From Pseudovirgaria hyperparasitica (taxonomy: Eukaryota): a stretch of DNA of 64,000 nucleotides. The notes beneath the pieces were generated by a model. The model was given only the letters and a program-made list of their open reading frames with translations. It was not told the DNA's origin and did no database searches. The stretch lies in NCBI GenBank assembly GCA_010093815.1, contig ML996567.1; one strand, 5' to 3'. Shown one piece after another: positions 49,382-61,781 of this stretch (positions are counted from its first letter, which is position 1; each line of letters begins with the position of its first letter). Both the position numbers and the translations under genes were made by a program.

Positions 49382-49841
49382 TGTTTTGTTGTTGGAGTTT
49401 GAGAGTAATAGTAGTAGCAGTAGCTATTATTATATCGTTCTTGGGGACCCCGCGAGCTTTAAGTGGATGGATTAGACGGGAAGCCGGAGCTTTGCACGGA
49501 CCGGGTCAAACGTTCATATATACGCCTCCGCCCTCCCTCTCCAATGTCCAAGGTGGAGCAGCAGCACCGGGAAACTGACTTGTCGTACCGTACAGCGGAG
49601 GAAGTGAGTGGCCGACAGATCTATTCACTAGCAGCTAGCTGCAGCGGCCTCGTGGCTACTTTCGCGACTCGCATATATCGTCCTACTCGGTCAACCAACC
49701 TCCCTCGCTCCAAGCCACCCGAAATTACCTAAGCCGCTTGCAGCCGCGGTCGGCGGAACGCGTTGAAGCTTCACCAAGCTCAGCTCTCCACCAACGCGGT
49801 CGATCTGCATACCATTGAGCACGCACACGCACTATAGAATC

Positions 49842-51864
49842 ATGACCGACACCTCCAAGTCCGCCTTCTCGCTCTCCCTGCGGCCCTGGCCGGGTCAGAG
49901 CAAGCAAGCAGAGTCCAGCGCAGAGCTCCAGGCCCGACTGTTCCAGCAGCGGGGCCACTTTCGTCACATCACAGAGGCCGGGCTCGAGGAGGAGATCCGC
50001 GCGGCGGCGGCTGGCGAGACAAAAGACGGCGAGGATGCCGACTCGCACGAGGGCGAGCATGAGCTTACGGAGAAAGAGTGGCGGGAGAAGCTGGTGGCGC
50101 AGAAGATACTGATGTTAAATTATCTCCAGTAAGTCTGGCCGGGGTGGAGTCTTCGACGTTGTGAGTTCGCGTACTAACGTGAAAGACAGACAGGCTAACA
50201 ACGAAGCCATGATTGCGCGCGACTTTATATCGCTCCTCATCTCGAAAGACTCGCCCAAGACCGCGCAGATCTCCCTTTCACCGGCGGCGAGGGAAGCGGT
50301 GCCGATGGGGTCCCTGGGCTGGACTAGGTGGCATCGTCAATCAGCGCTAGAGCCGACGAGTGAAGAGAAGGAGCAGGAGGAGCGTGATGCGCTGTTGGCG
50401 CAAGGCGCGCGAGTACAGGCGCTGAACAACGCAGCTGATATCCTATTAAATGCCGCCACGCGCCTGGAGACGGACGTGCGGCGAGAGACAAAGTACTGGG
50501 AGCAGGTGCTGTCCATCACCGAGAAGGGATGGTCGGTACGAAAGATTCAGAATGACAGGTTCAATATGGGTGTTCAGTTAGGGTTCGCGGAAGCAAGTGA
50601 TCAGTTCAAGAGGAGGGGATTCACTCCACTACGGACCGACGAAGACGGCAGTGTGATTCTGGACCAGGAGCTGACAAAGACACCGCATACCCTGAGAGTG
50701 CGCATCGTACAGGATGGGGTCATTCTGGGCACATCACAGCTTCGGCAACACGTCAAGACAGATCATGCCGAACTCGAACAACTGATTGGACGGGCCAGAG
50801 ATTCCCTCTTCGACGAGGAGCTCTTCCATGAAATATCTCTAGAAACACGGGAACTCTTGTCCTACGACGTCAAGATGAAGGACTCCACCATACGCATCCC
50901 CCTAATGTCCCCCACCCAAGAAGCAGACAACAAGCGCGAGATCCAAATCGACCTCATGCAGCTCAGCGAGTCCACCGTGCCATCCCACGATCCAAGCCTC
51001 GACGACCTAGCACAAAACATCGCCATCGCACTCCGCCTGCTCCTCTCACGCGTCCATCGACAGCGACTCCAGCGCCGCTCCGAGCTGCCCGCCCCCCTCT
51101 CCAGTCGCAAGGAGCAGAAACCGCCAGAGGCCATCCTCAGACCGCTAATGGCCTTCTTCCTCCATCGCCGCGACGCAGCCGCCGTACGGCACTGTCTCGA
51201 ACAGACGCGCAAGATCCTCCGCTCCGCCGGCCTGGCCATGCCCCTCGAATTCCACACCTGCGAAAGCATCACATCCTCCATCACCAAGAACCTCGCCTCG
51301 TCCACGTCTCCTTCTCCCTCCCCCATCTCCACCCTCCTCGCCCCGTTCGTCCAAACCCTCCACTCAACCGCCCTCCTTACCCTCCCCTCCTCTTCTTCCC
51401 AATCACCATCATCATCAACCCCCCTCCACATAACCCTAACAATAAGCACAAAGCTCTCCCCCCCAACCTTCGGCACCCTCTTCACCCTGCACCCCCCCGC
51501 CCTCTCCATCCCCACCGTCCCCGCCCTCTGCACCCACATCCACACCCTCCTCGCCCTCGACATAGCACACAACATCCTCGGCCCCCGCGTCCTCCCCCGC
51601 TTCAGGCCCGACGAGCGCCAGGCAATGCTCTACGGCGTGCTCGGCGGCGCCGCAGACACAAACGCCCATCCGGACAAGGCGTGCATGGTCAGCGTGGCGC
51701 TGCGCAGCGATCGTCTGGTGGTCAGGCGGAAGATGGTCAAGGCGAAGCAGGGGCGGGAGGATGTGCTTTATCATGTTTGGACTGCGGAGGGCGGTAGCAG
51801 TGGGAATGAGGTGGTGGTGGATATTGCCGAGGTGGTGCGTAGGTTTGTTGGTGTGGTGGCGTAG
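49842..51864 (+). CDS. SRB4: Mediator subunit Med17/Srb4
   Basis: Exons 49842-50128, 50190-51864. LSLRPWP, QRGHFRHITEAGLEEEI, DFISLLISK, AADILLNAATRLETDVRRETKYWEQV, ARDSLFDEELFHEISLE. Confidence 0.88.
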
Positions 51865-52161
51865 GTCTGGAGATTGAGGATATGGAGAGATGGTGGGAGT
51901 ATGCGTAGGAGTAGTAGTAGTAGGGCAATCTATGTGATAATCTATAAGCCTGCATTGTTGTTGTTTGCAGGGAAAATAAATATAAGTATTGAGAAAGGAC
52001 AAAGAATATAAAAAGGCTTTGTAAATGGGTATCCAACGAGAAAACCGCGGTGCCGCTGCTGGTGGTGGTGCGAAGCGACACAGATGCAAATGCCATGTTA
52101 TCCCGACCATCAATCACATCACCACAAATCAAAAACACTCTCTTGAGCCATCCGTCCTCGC

Positions 52162-54253
52162 TCACACCTGGCTGAACCTACGCCTACTACTCCTCCCACC
52201 CACCGACGGCGGCGGCGGCGGCACAGGCGCAGTCGGCGGCGAAACAGCAGGCACACTCCTCCGAAACTCAGGCGGCGGCCTCGGAAAGCCCCCCCTACTA
52301 TCCCGATGATCTCGCTCCCTGAACCGCTCCCGCTCCCTTTCCCTCTCACGATCCCTCTCACGGTCCGAAAACACAATATCCTCGTCGTCAATCTCCCACG
52401 TGTCCATGCTGCCGCGTCTCCGACTGACCGCTCTCGGAGGAGGAGGAGGATGGTGCCGCCCCTCAGGCCTCCCGCCATCCACACTGCGAGCCCTCCTCGA
52501 GCCGGCACCAGCCGCAGACGGGCCGACGCTCGTCCGTCTCGAGGACGCGCGGCCCTCGCCGCCTCGTCTGCTGCGCTTCGGCTTCGCGGCGCCCGTGGGC
52601 GCAGGCTTGAGCACGTAGCCAAAGGACTCGGGGTCGCGTCTGGCGAGGTCGCGCTCGAGGCGGAAGAGCGGGCTCTCGGGCAAGTCTCTGTTCTGGCCCT
52701 TTTCGGCGAGCGGGCGCGGGAGGCGGTAGAAGATGTCTGGGTCTGGGCCGGCGGCGTCGTCGTAGTTGATGTGGAGGGACCAGTCTGCGAGGGCGGGGCA
52801 GGTGTAGGTGCTTTTGTCGGCGACGCCGGGGCCGCGGAAGTGGAGGCGGGCGCGCACGCTCGGGTGGATGTATTCGCATGTGTCGGTGAGGAGGCGGTCG
52901 GTGGGCCGGTTGGTGGTTGGGTCGGCGGCGTGGTAGGAGCCTGGGGTGCGTGTTTTGCCGCCGCCGAGGGCGTAGAGGCCGGCCATGGAGTTTGGGATCT
53001 TGCCAAAGGACCAGGGGCGGACGTCTTCGTCGCGGGAGGCATAGTAGCGGTCGTTTGCGTCGTCTTGCTCGAGGACGTAGGCGCTGCGCATGTCGAGGAA
53101 GGGCTCGAGTTGCGACATCATCCACGCCAGCGTGATGTTGGCGAGTTGCTGGTCGTCTTCGCCGCCGCCAATGTTGGAGTGGACGCCAGGAAACCAGACT
53201 TGGCGCAGCTTGGTCTTGTTGCCAGCCGGTTTTTCCCAGATGGCCGGGGCGAATGCACTGCGGCGTTCGTCGAGGGCGAGTGCCTGGAAGGCGTTGTCGA
53301 CGTTGTTCCCGAGCTTGGTGTCGTGGAAGGATGTTTCCTTGGATTGCTGGCTTTGGAGTCCGACTTTTGTGAGCCAGCCGACACGGGGGAGCCCGAGACT
53401 GCCTACTGTGTCCCATACCGCAATTGCTTTGATGCGGACCCCTAAGGTTGTCAGCCCTCGCCGCTCGAGCTCTCGCGCATACGTTGGATCGGCGGCACTT
53501 GGTTTCTTAGGAAAGGGGACATCTGGATATTTTGGGCGATAGTCGGGGTCTCGCCTATTTTTGACGTCTTGGTGGATCTCAGCTAGGCCTGATAGACCCT
53601 TCTTGGTCAAAATGCCTATCACATCCATGAAGCCTGCTATCGAGCGGACAGTAAAGGCACCCCGAGAGAAGCCTATCAGGAAGATCTCGTCGCCAGTTGT
53701 GTAGTTGTTGGCGATGAAAGAGTATGCCTCACGAACATTTTCATCAAGGCCTTCTCCAGTAGTACCTAGATTAGATCAGTGACTAGTCCCTGACAAGAAG
53801 CAGCATTGACAATGGTGTTCTACGAACCTTGTAGAAGTCGCTCTACCACCCCCCCTCTTGATCCGACCCCAAAATGATAGTACACAATCTGCGGTATCCC
53901 GTCCGCGGACACATCTTTGATTGCTCTCGATATCCTCGTGACATTACTCGGAATCGCAAGTTGACCGTTGATGAGGCCATTGTCCGCGTTGAGCCACGTC
54001 CCTGCTCAGTATAAGCATTCACTCTGGCTCACGTGACCATTTGTACCCAATACAACTCACCGTCAGCACAAACAATTAATCTCTTGAACGGCGGCCCAGC
54101 TATTGGCGGTGGTGGTATTGCAGTTCGTGGCCTCGACACCGAACGCGCGCGCACAACCGACGTTGCCCTCGCCAGCTCCTCCGGATCCGTAACCGGTACG
54201 CCATCCCTATAAACATCATAAACCTTGCCGTTAGCCCTGATCTCCGCAGCCAT
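52162..54253 (-). CDS. DUF2235 / Tle1-like alpha/beta-hydrolase (putative phospholipase)
   Basis: Exons 54253-54061, 54001-53828, 53765-52162. KRLIVCADGTW, PSNVTRI, GVG, nucleophile elbow GFSRGA, AVWDTVGSLG, ALALDERR, QVWFPGVHSNIGGG, ITLAWM. Confidence 0.9.
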
Positions 54254-54893
54254 TTTCTGCTCTCTCCCAGCGGCTACTGCAACCCTCAAATCCCTCAACC
54301 GTCTTTCAGTTTCCGAAGTCGTTCGTGCGCGTAATGCACACCCGATTTGCGCGTTACGTTAGTCCGGGAAATCGGCTCGGCGCGCGCCGTGAAGCTCTAG
54401 CTGAGCTGACAGGAAGACCAGAGGATCCAGCGGAATGTAAAGGTTCGGCAGCAACGCGGTCGACAGCGGAGTCCATGTCCTTGTTCGCATACGGCAGAGA
54501 GAGGGAATTGGGCGCGGCCGGTGTGCGAAGAAAGAAAAGAAAGGCTGGAGAGCGTGGGCACGAGACTTGATTGATGCCCATTCGCAGGCATCGTCCTGGC
54601 GTTGGGTTGGTGCACTGGTCGTAGGGCAGAAGAGGCGTTGACGCTAGCGTTGTTACGTACGTCCGTCGGCTGGGGCGTCCCTTGCCCCTTGCCCCGGCCA
54701 TTGCAATATTATGTCAACAACAAAGTTGAACATGATTACCACAACAACAAAAGTGATCTGGAACTATCGCAGGCATAAGTCCTCCGTGTATTGGACTATC
54801 CACTGGAAGTGAATCATGACAAGGTGCCCAGGGCTCAGCCTGCACCTTCAACCAAAAAGTACATAGGCATCAAGCCCAAGCTGCATGATATTG

Positions 54894-57032
54894 CTATCCT
54901 AGCGTGATCTCTTTCCATTGCAACCCTGGCTCCAACGATCCTTTATGGAATGCATCGGTATGTATTCTTGCCAATCCCACTCTCTCGGCCAAGGTCTCTG
55001 GCTGGATCCAACAGATCATCAGCGCGTAGTATGCGATACCGAGAATCCCGGCTTGAGCATCCGATATGGCCAAGAACTCAAAGACTTCGCAATCGTAGTT
55101 CGAATTACTGTCGTTCAAGATGACTTCTCCACACCATTGACCCGAGCGATCCAGCAGACTACGCTTGTATACCCCTGGGGCTACGTTGAACGCAACCTGC
55201 GCTAGGCTATTCCAATAAGGACCAGACTCCCGCGAGCCCAACCCCGGCGAAAGACTGAAATGAGCACTCCAGGTGCAAAAGTTTAGACAGCCCTCTATTG
55301 GATCGTGTGTTGGATAGTTGGGAAAGTCTTCGTTATTCAATTGCCATTCTCGTCGCAAGGTCCGGCCAAAGAAGTCGACATTGTCGACGTTCGTTTGTCG
55401 ATATCCATACCACTTGATCGTACCGTCAACCTCGTCTTGACTAACACCACCCTCACTTGATCCCTCACCGGTTGACAACACAAGATCATGTGATGAGTCT
55501 GCTCCAATCCACCAGATAACCCATGTGTTTTGTGCCAGCCATTGGTGTAAATCACTGCGAGGCTGGAAGGTCGTCCCAGGATTCCACCACGAGGCGCCAC
55601 TCCACCCACACCAAGACCAGCTTGGGAGTATGCTACCTGCGCGCTCTTCCAACGGGAGCCGCCGTGAGAGCCCCTTCGGTTCCCAAAGTAGAGACCAGTC
55701 GAAATGAGACTTGGGCAGTCCATAGCAAAAGATCAATCCGCTCTTTCTAGAATCCGCGGCATTTGATAGTGCACCGAGAACTCCTTCAAAAGCTAAAAGT
55801 CTGTCCCGGGAGAATGCCAACTCTCTATGACTATAAATCTCCACGTGTTTTGACAGTCGGTCTATTGGATTCTGTTGCGGAGTACAGAGCGAGGACGGTG
55901 AGCCCATTGTAGACAAAGCCTGGATTTCATCTGCAGAGAGCCGTGATCCAACCTTCTTTCTGCTACGTCCGCATTCGTAGAACACGTCTTCGTCTACAAA
56001 GACTAAGGCTCTGGTAGACAAGACCTTCTCTTGGAATGTCCATCCGCGGTGATTCCAGCGAGAGGAGATTATCTGGTCTCTTAGTGTCTTCATGACACCC
56101 AGTCTTAATGGGCCATACGAACCAGAGGTTCGAATGAATGCTCGTGACATAGAATCGGGTCCGAAGATACCGGCATTCGCATAGTCGCTACTCGCCGCGC
56201 AAATAGTCAAAACAGCTTGTCCGTAGACGGTGTCCATGAATGGAGCAGTCTTGTGGAAATCCTCTAGACTATCCTGAAGGATGCACAGAGAATCTACCCA
56301 TAGATACTGCACTCCCAGTCGAAAGGCTATATCAACTGCGTCTCGGACCGTTTTGGGTAAGGTTTGGTGATCATCCAGGAATGCTCCCGGTTGTTCTAGA
56401 GCAGCCAAATTCTGTTTCGTCAACACCAACGGTGCTGGCTGCGAACCGTTGCTACCCCATACGTAACTCAAGGCGCAATACTTCAATGGAGTCTGCTTTT
56501 CTACAAGGCAACGTAACTCCGTGTCGATCACACGAAGTTTAGGCAAGGATCGATCCCGCGTACAGTACATCTGGCAGCTTTTATCGTGGCTATGCTCACA
56601 TTCTCGTATCCATGAGCGAACCTCATCGAGATCGACTGAGGCAGAAGCTTGAGTACGGCTTGGGTTATGATCATTAAGCAATGCTATGTAAGCTGGTGTG
56701 AAGATAGACTCATCGCTGAAAATTCGAAGCCTTCGGTTCCGATCAAGTTGAGATTTCTGTGGCCAGTCCATAAAGCAATTCACTCGATCGCCTTGTACAT
56801 CGAACCCATCAAACACGATTTCCTCGTTTTGAGGGGTGTAGATCGCATCGCAGAGCAGGTCACAAAAGGTACAGTCATGTCTTCTCTTGAACAAGTCGTC
56901 TAGATAGCCAATTCTGACTGCGTGTCCTTCTGTGTTATTGGAAGGAATCGAGCTGTGCGAATAGAATTTAGCCGGGCTAATATCGAGGGCTCGACATGTA
57001 GAACAAAGACGTGCTAATGCGGAATCTCCCAT
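54894..57032 (-). CDS. HET-domain (heterokaryon incompatibility) protein
   Basis: Intronless; first ATG 57032. WIRECEHSH, LRVIDT, YCALSYVWG, LPKTVRDA...YLWVDSLCILQD, MDTVYGQAVLTICAAS, WNHRGWTFQEKVLS, FDWSLLW, PSWSWCGW. Confidence 0.92.
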   Translation of the reverse strand: MGDSALARLCSTCRALDISPAKFYSHSSIPSNNTEGHAVRIGYLDDLFKRRHDCTFCDLLCDAIYTPQNEEIVFDGFDVQGDRVNCFMDWPQKSQLDRNRRLRIFSDESIFTPAYIALLNDHNPSRTQASASVDLDEVRSWIRECEHSHDKSCQMYCTRDRSLPKLRVIDTELRCLVEKQTPLKYCALSYVWGSNGSQPAPLVLTKQNLAALEQPGAFLDDHQTLPKTVRDAVDIAFRLGVQYLWVDSLCILQDSLEDFHKTAPFMDTVYGQAVLTICAASSDYANAGIFGPDSMSRAFIRTSGSYGPLRLGVMKTLRDQIISSRWNHRGWTFQEKVLSTRALVFVDEDVFYECGRSRKKVGSRLSADEIQALSTMGSPSSLCTPQQNPIDRLSKHVEIYSHRELAFSRDRLLAFEGVLGALSNAADSRKSGLIFCYGLPKSHFDWSLLWEPKGLSRRLPLEERAGSILPSWSWCGWSGASWWNPGTTFQPRSDLHQWLAQNTWVIWWIGADSSHDLVLSTGEGSSEGGVSQDEVDGTIKWYGYRQTNVDNVDFFGRTLRREWQLNNEDFPNYPTHDPIEGCLNFCTWSAHFSLSPGLGSRESGPYWNSLAQVAFNVAPGVYKRSLLDRSGQWCGEVILNDSNSNYDCEVFEFLAISDAQAGILGIAYYALMICWIQPETLAERVGLARIHTDAFHKGSLEPGLQWKEITLG

Positions 57033-57786
57033 GAAAGCGATACGACCAGAATTATTTACGAGTGATAGGGACAGAACGAGAGGTAATACACCTGTGGAAG
57101 AGAGTAATGTTATAATATACTTAATTATTGGCGTTGAGTAGCGGCTGAAAACAGGAAGGTGGGGTGACCTGTTCTGGAGTCTGGACACGCTGTTGGAGGC
57201 TCACACTATTACACTCAACGAGGCTGAGACATGACTGACCCGTAGAATTGCATTGGAGACGTCAGTTGGGCCATTATCCTTAGTGATCGGGACGCTGACA
57301 ACACATAGGATCTTGAGGCACACAGATGCAATATCTGCAAAAGATTTCGTCCGCCATGATATGTGGCTCACTTGCAGCGTTTATATATCGAACACCAGAT
57401 TCTCCAGCACCTTAGACTGAGACTTTAGCCCGTGAACGCCAAAACTTCTTCGTGCAGACTAGCCAGTTGAACCCAACTGTGGCGTAGACTCGGTATCCAG
57501 TACACCTCATGGAATATGTCCACCCAAATATGCAAGGTAAATAACTTTACCAGCCCGATCTTTTGGTGCAACCTTACGACGGGTCTCCGTCATATCCTAC
57601 GTAAGTTGTAAATATTATGTATATATATAAGCCTCGTTGCAAGCAACTCGCCCAAGACGTTGTCAATGACATACGACAAAGAAGACCGCTCCAATGGTCC
57701 ACATTATATTGCAGAGAGCGACACTGGGGACATAGAATTACAGATCGAAAACGTATAATATTGAGCTGTATCGCAAGGGAAAGATA

Positions 57787-59789
57787 TCATCCCAGGCGCT
57801 TCCTTTTACGATCGTCCATTGGCTCGTCCTCGTCGGCTCGTTCTGCAGTTTCTGCAGGATTCAACAAAGAATGGACATTCGATGCCATACTCGAGCGACG
57901 CGTAGGAGGTGCAGAGGTGTCAATACCTCTGAAAGGGAACTTGGCGCCCGGCAGTGTCCAGCCAGCATCTGGATTAAGTGATGAGCCTTGTTCCCCAGTC
58001 ATTGGAGGCGTCGCTTGGCGTGATCCTTGTGGGCGTGGGCGGCTGAACTCATACTGTGCAAGCTGATCTCGAATTTGTTGATCTCCAGTAACTAAGGGAC
58101 CTCGATGTGGAGACGAGGGCCATTGGGAGCTATTATTGCCTGAGGCATAAGGTGACGGCACTGGAGGAGGTCCTTGCCAGCCGTGTAATCGAATATCTGC
58201 GGACGTGTGTCTTCTCGAAAGATTCATTGGCGGCGAGTCATTTGTTGAAGAGTTCGCGAGAGGGTGCTGAATCGTTGGGGGAGGCGGTGGCGGAGGAGCT
58301 TGTGCATGAATTGGTGTGCGTTGCGATGGGGAGTAGGCACCGGCGCCGATAGAGCCGTACCGCCTTGGTGATATGGCCAGGTGGGGCGCAGCTGGAGTTC
58401 TAAACTGCCCTGGCTGGTTTATATTCGCGAGCGAGCCTCGCCGAGATTCAGATTGCGGCACCTGTCGAGGAGATAATGGCATCCCACCTTCGTGACCGAA
58501 GTTCGAAAATATAGCTTGTCTTGCCGAAGGGAGCGATTCCGTAGGGTCGTGTAAGTATTCCAGTTGTCGCTGAACTTCATGTCGCATGGTCATGGCTGAT
58601 ATTGGTTTAGCCAAGCTCCCGCCGTATAGCTTTCGAACATACCATCTTTATGTATTTGATCTTCGGGATTCTGGACTATTCCTGCGATCATATTGGCTAG
58701 ATCGATGTTGCACTAGCAATATTCGTCAGCGAAAGCACGCATAGAAGTCACTGCCATCGTCTCCATCTAACCTGGTAGCTCCGCATGAGATTCTCCGTGA
58801 GTATATCACATTTTTTGTTCAAATAAGCGGCGCCATCTTCACTGCGTGCCAGTCGTTGCCATGCGTCCTGTGCATACTGTTCCAAAATTACCAACCGGGC
58901 TTCAATAGGATCTGGCATGGCGTCCACAGGAGCTCCTGTTGGTGGTCCTGTGGGGGGTTTTGGGCCTGTAGAGAAAGAGTCTCGATGAATCAACGCATGA
59001 CGCGAAGCACGGCGCTTGATTTCTCTCAGGCCAATAAGATCGCCTCTCTTGAAGTTGCCATTCCCGTGTTTAAATTCCCACAAAGGGGTGTCTGGTGAGC
59101 CCGTGTGGAAGACGTCGCTGACTATGGCTTGATCAGAACTTGCTGCGACTGTAAGAGGTATACCGGAGCTTACCTTTGTGAAAGCCGTACATGTTCAATT
59201 GTCGAACAAATGACGATATATTTGTGTGCTTGAAATATGATCCACGAGACCTTAGCATTCTTTATATCGTATCTACAGTATTCACTTACGACAGAACTTT
59301 TGAGAACTCGCTCGAGGGAGACATGACGAAACTTTCGTTGGTACTGGACCACGAGATCAAATGTTGTATAGTTTGATCTTCTAGCATGCTGATATTGGTC
59401 AGTATTTGTAACGTAAAGATCGACGACCGTCGACTGCCTACTTACTTATATAGTTTATGAATAAAAGCGGTCTGCACTACTTTTGGCTGCTGTGCAGCGG
59501 CAGCAGCTCCGACTGCCGAGCCGGTATTACCATTCGTACCCTCCGTATCTTGGTTGGAGACATGCAGTTGGCTATTGCTAGGTCCAGTGCGCTCAGCGGA
59601 GGGGCTACTCATAGCCGGTGGTCCCATAGTTTGGTCGTGGGAAGGTGAAACATCCATCGGATCGCCCGGGACCGATAAATTCGAGGATGCTGAAGTGGAC
59701 GGAAGGATTGGAATGGACTTGTGAGATCCACTTGTGTGTTGATCGGCTTGAAATGGGCTTCTGGAAAGAGACTCTGTTGTGGATGCCAT
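57787..59789 (-). CDS. SFL1: HSF-type DNA-binding transcription factor, Sfl1-like
   Basis: Exons 59789-59446, 59388-59290, (59250 or 59241)-59174, 59121-58772, 58712-58643, 58595-57787. QTAFIHKLYNMLEDQTIQHLISWS...YFKHTNISSFVRQLNMYGFHKVSDVF...WEFKHGNGNFKRGD; PKA-like sites RRGS, RRHTS, RRSS. The HSF family call is firm; SFL1 orthology is less so. Confidence 0.85.
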
Positions 59790-61781
59790 CGCCGCCAGCA
59801 ACTCTTTTGATTATCGATCTACACCGCCCAAAGCGCGCAGTCCAAATTCAGACGATGCCTATGAGATGGACGCCACAATGTACGAAGTCAAGATGTGTAG
59901 GCCAGTGACCAGGCAGCTCAGATGGTGTTGAAGGCTATTAGAGGTATTCGTGGGGCGTCGAGCTTATTGCATCGTACTTGGATGACGAGTATCTATCAAG
60001 ACGATTGAGGTATACAAGCGCTTTTTGGACTATTTCCAGAATCGTGATGCGATCGCTTCGCAGACTCTGAAAAGCTTGGTATATAGCTGGCACTATTCTG
60101 GAGGAGAGGAAGGTAGTGGTTGCGCGTTGTGGACCACGGAAACCGAGCGATGAGGTAAGAACATGTACATGCGGACTCTGTATTGATGATGAGTATCGGG
60201 CTTCTCCCTCCAAACATGAAGCTTACCTTAAGAGCTCCGTCGAGGCCGGTAGGATGCGCGGATGGTAATGGGAGGAGGGGAAAGGAGAGGTAGCTTGGGA
60301 AACTGGGGTATAGACTAGCTCGACCGGCAGATAGCGATACTGGAGAGCTGGATGAGGAATAAGATATGCATGGATTATATGGATTGCAAGAGGATATCCA
60401 AACCGAAGCTAGATTGCCGTTTTCGACAACGAATGATTCAAGAAGGTCTGCGCGTCGTCGACGCTGTTGCAGCTCGAACGACAAAAAGGGAGGAGTAGGG
60501 CCGGAGAGGGTCCAAGAAGCTCAAGCAGCTGGTCCGGGCGTTCGTCCAAGCCCCCAGCACAAAAGCCATGGATCTCATCTTTGGCGTGCTCAGGCTTCTC
60601 TACGCCCAACGCCCATCCCGAGGTATGGGTGCCCGGTGGCCCCAGTCCCAACCTGTGGCCCCGGACGATCATTGATACACTAGAACGCCATCGTCTAGGA
60701 TGAGAAGACTGTAACTGTGTTTGAGCTGCAGGTGTAGCTATCCCGCGACGATACGACGCAGACAATCCCGGCTTTTTGCAGCAGGACATAATTCCATTGG
60801 CCCTACCTGAATACTTTGCTCTCACAGCCTGCACCAAGACTCGACTCGACCTGGTTGCGGAAGATGCTGCTTGCTGCTTTGGATCCCGGTAAACCTACAG
60901 ATTTAGTACATTGCCGTTTTGCTTTCTCCGTAAAGTTGGACTCTGATAGCACAACAGCCGATCCATCGCGCCACAGAAGCTTGGCCAAAGTTTGGATGTA
61001 TTTAAACCCGGCTTGTACCGAATGGTAGCGAATGGATCTGATTATCATGACGTGACTCAAAAACTTCTGACATATGAAGAACGATTCTCGCACTTAAAAA
61101 GCTTAATCAGCAATCCGTTCAAGTACCTGGTCTATAGCCTCATTTTCGTAATGTATGTGGTATGTATATGTAATATGTATTCAATTCCTGATGCAATCAA
61201 TTCAGCACATAGACCTGCTTCTTGACGGAAATACATCGGTGTCGCAATTGCTGTAGACTTTCTCGCTTCATGCAGGTGAGGTCGTGGATGTTGAAATAAG
61301 ACCGGCTTTCTTTCCCTTCCTAGTAGTTGTACCCACTTTCTTCCTATGTCTGAATTGCTGAATGATCGGGCGGATTTATATCCAAACCAGAAAGTATATG
61401 CTCAAACATTCTGATACATCGAAAGATTCGTTTCCGGATACACTCAGTGTTTATTTATCTCATCACTTCGTGTATACGGCGCGTGCTCCTCGGTGTTCGG
61501 AGGTTTAGTGTTATCCTATCATGGGTTGACGCTCGCGTAGACAACTTCTTTGGGGTCCTTGTAGGCCCAGTTCTTCTATACCTAGAGCAGCGAACTCCTT
61601 CTTTTCCTTGCCATCCTCCATCAAGTATGACCTGGGGCTTGGAACTTTCGTGATTGGAACATACTCAACATCCCTCGTGTCGATGCTCGACTTTTGCAAC
61701 GCTGGCCGTCTAACCCATCAGAATATCCTCAAAAGTCACCATGGTCCAGTTTCAAGGACCCATAGTCCTACTCGGAGAAGC

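Noticed and set aside
45921..53542. Many long alternative-frame and antisense ORFs over ETR1, ISN1, SRB4 and DUF2235 (also seipin and the orphan)
   Set aside because: A by-product of extreme C/G third-position skew suppressing stop codons; the translations are low-complexity.
57033..57188. GTG-initiated hydrophobic N-terminal extension of the HET ORF
   Set aside because: ATG 57032 directly precedes the family-typical LCxxC start; the extension is probably 5'UTR.
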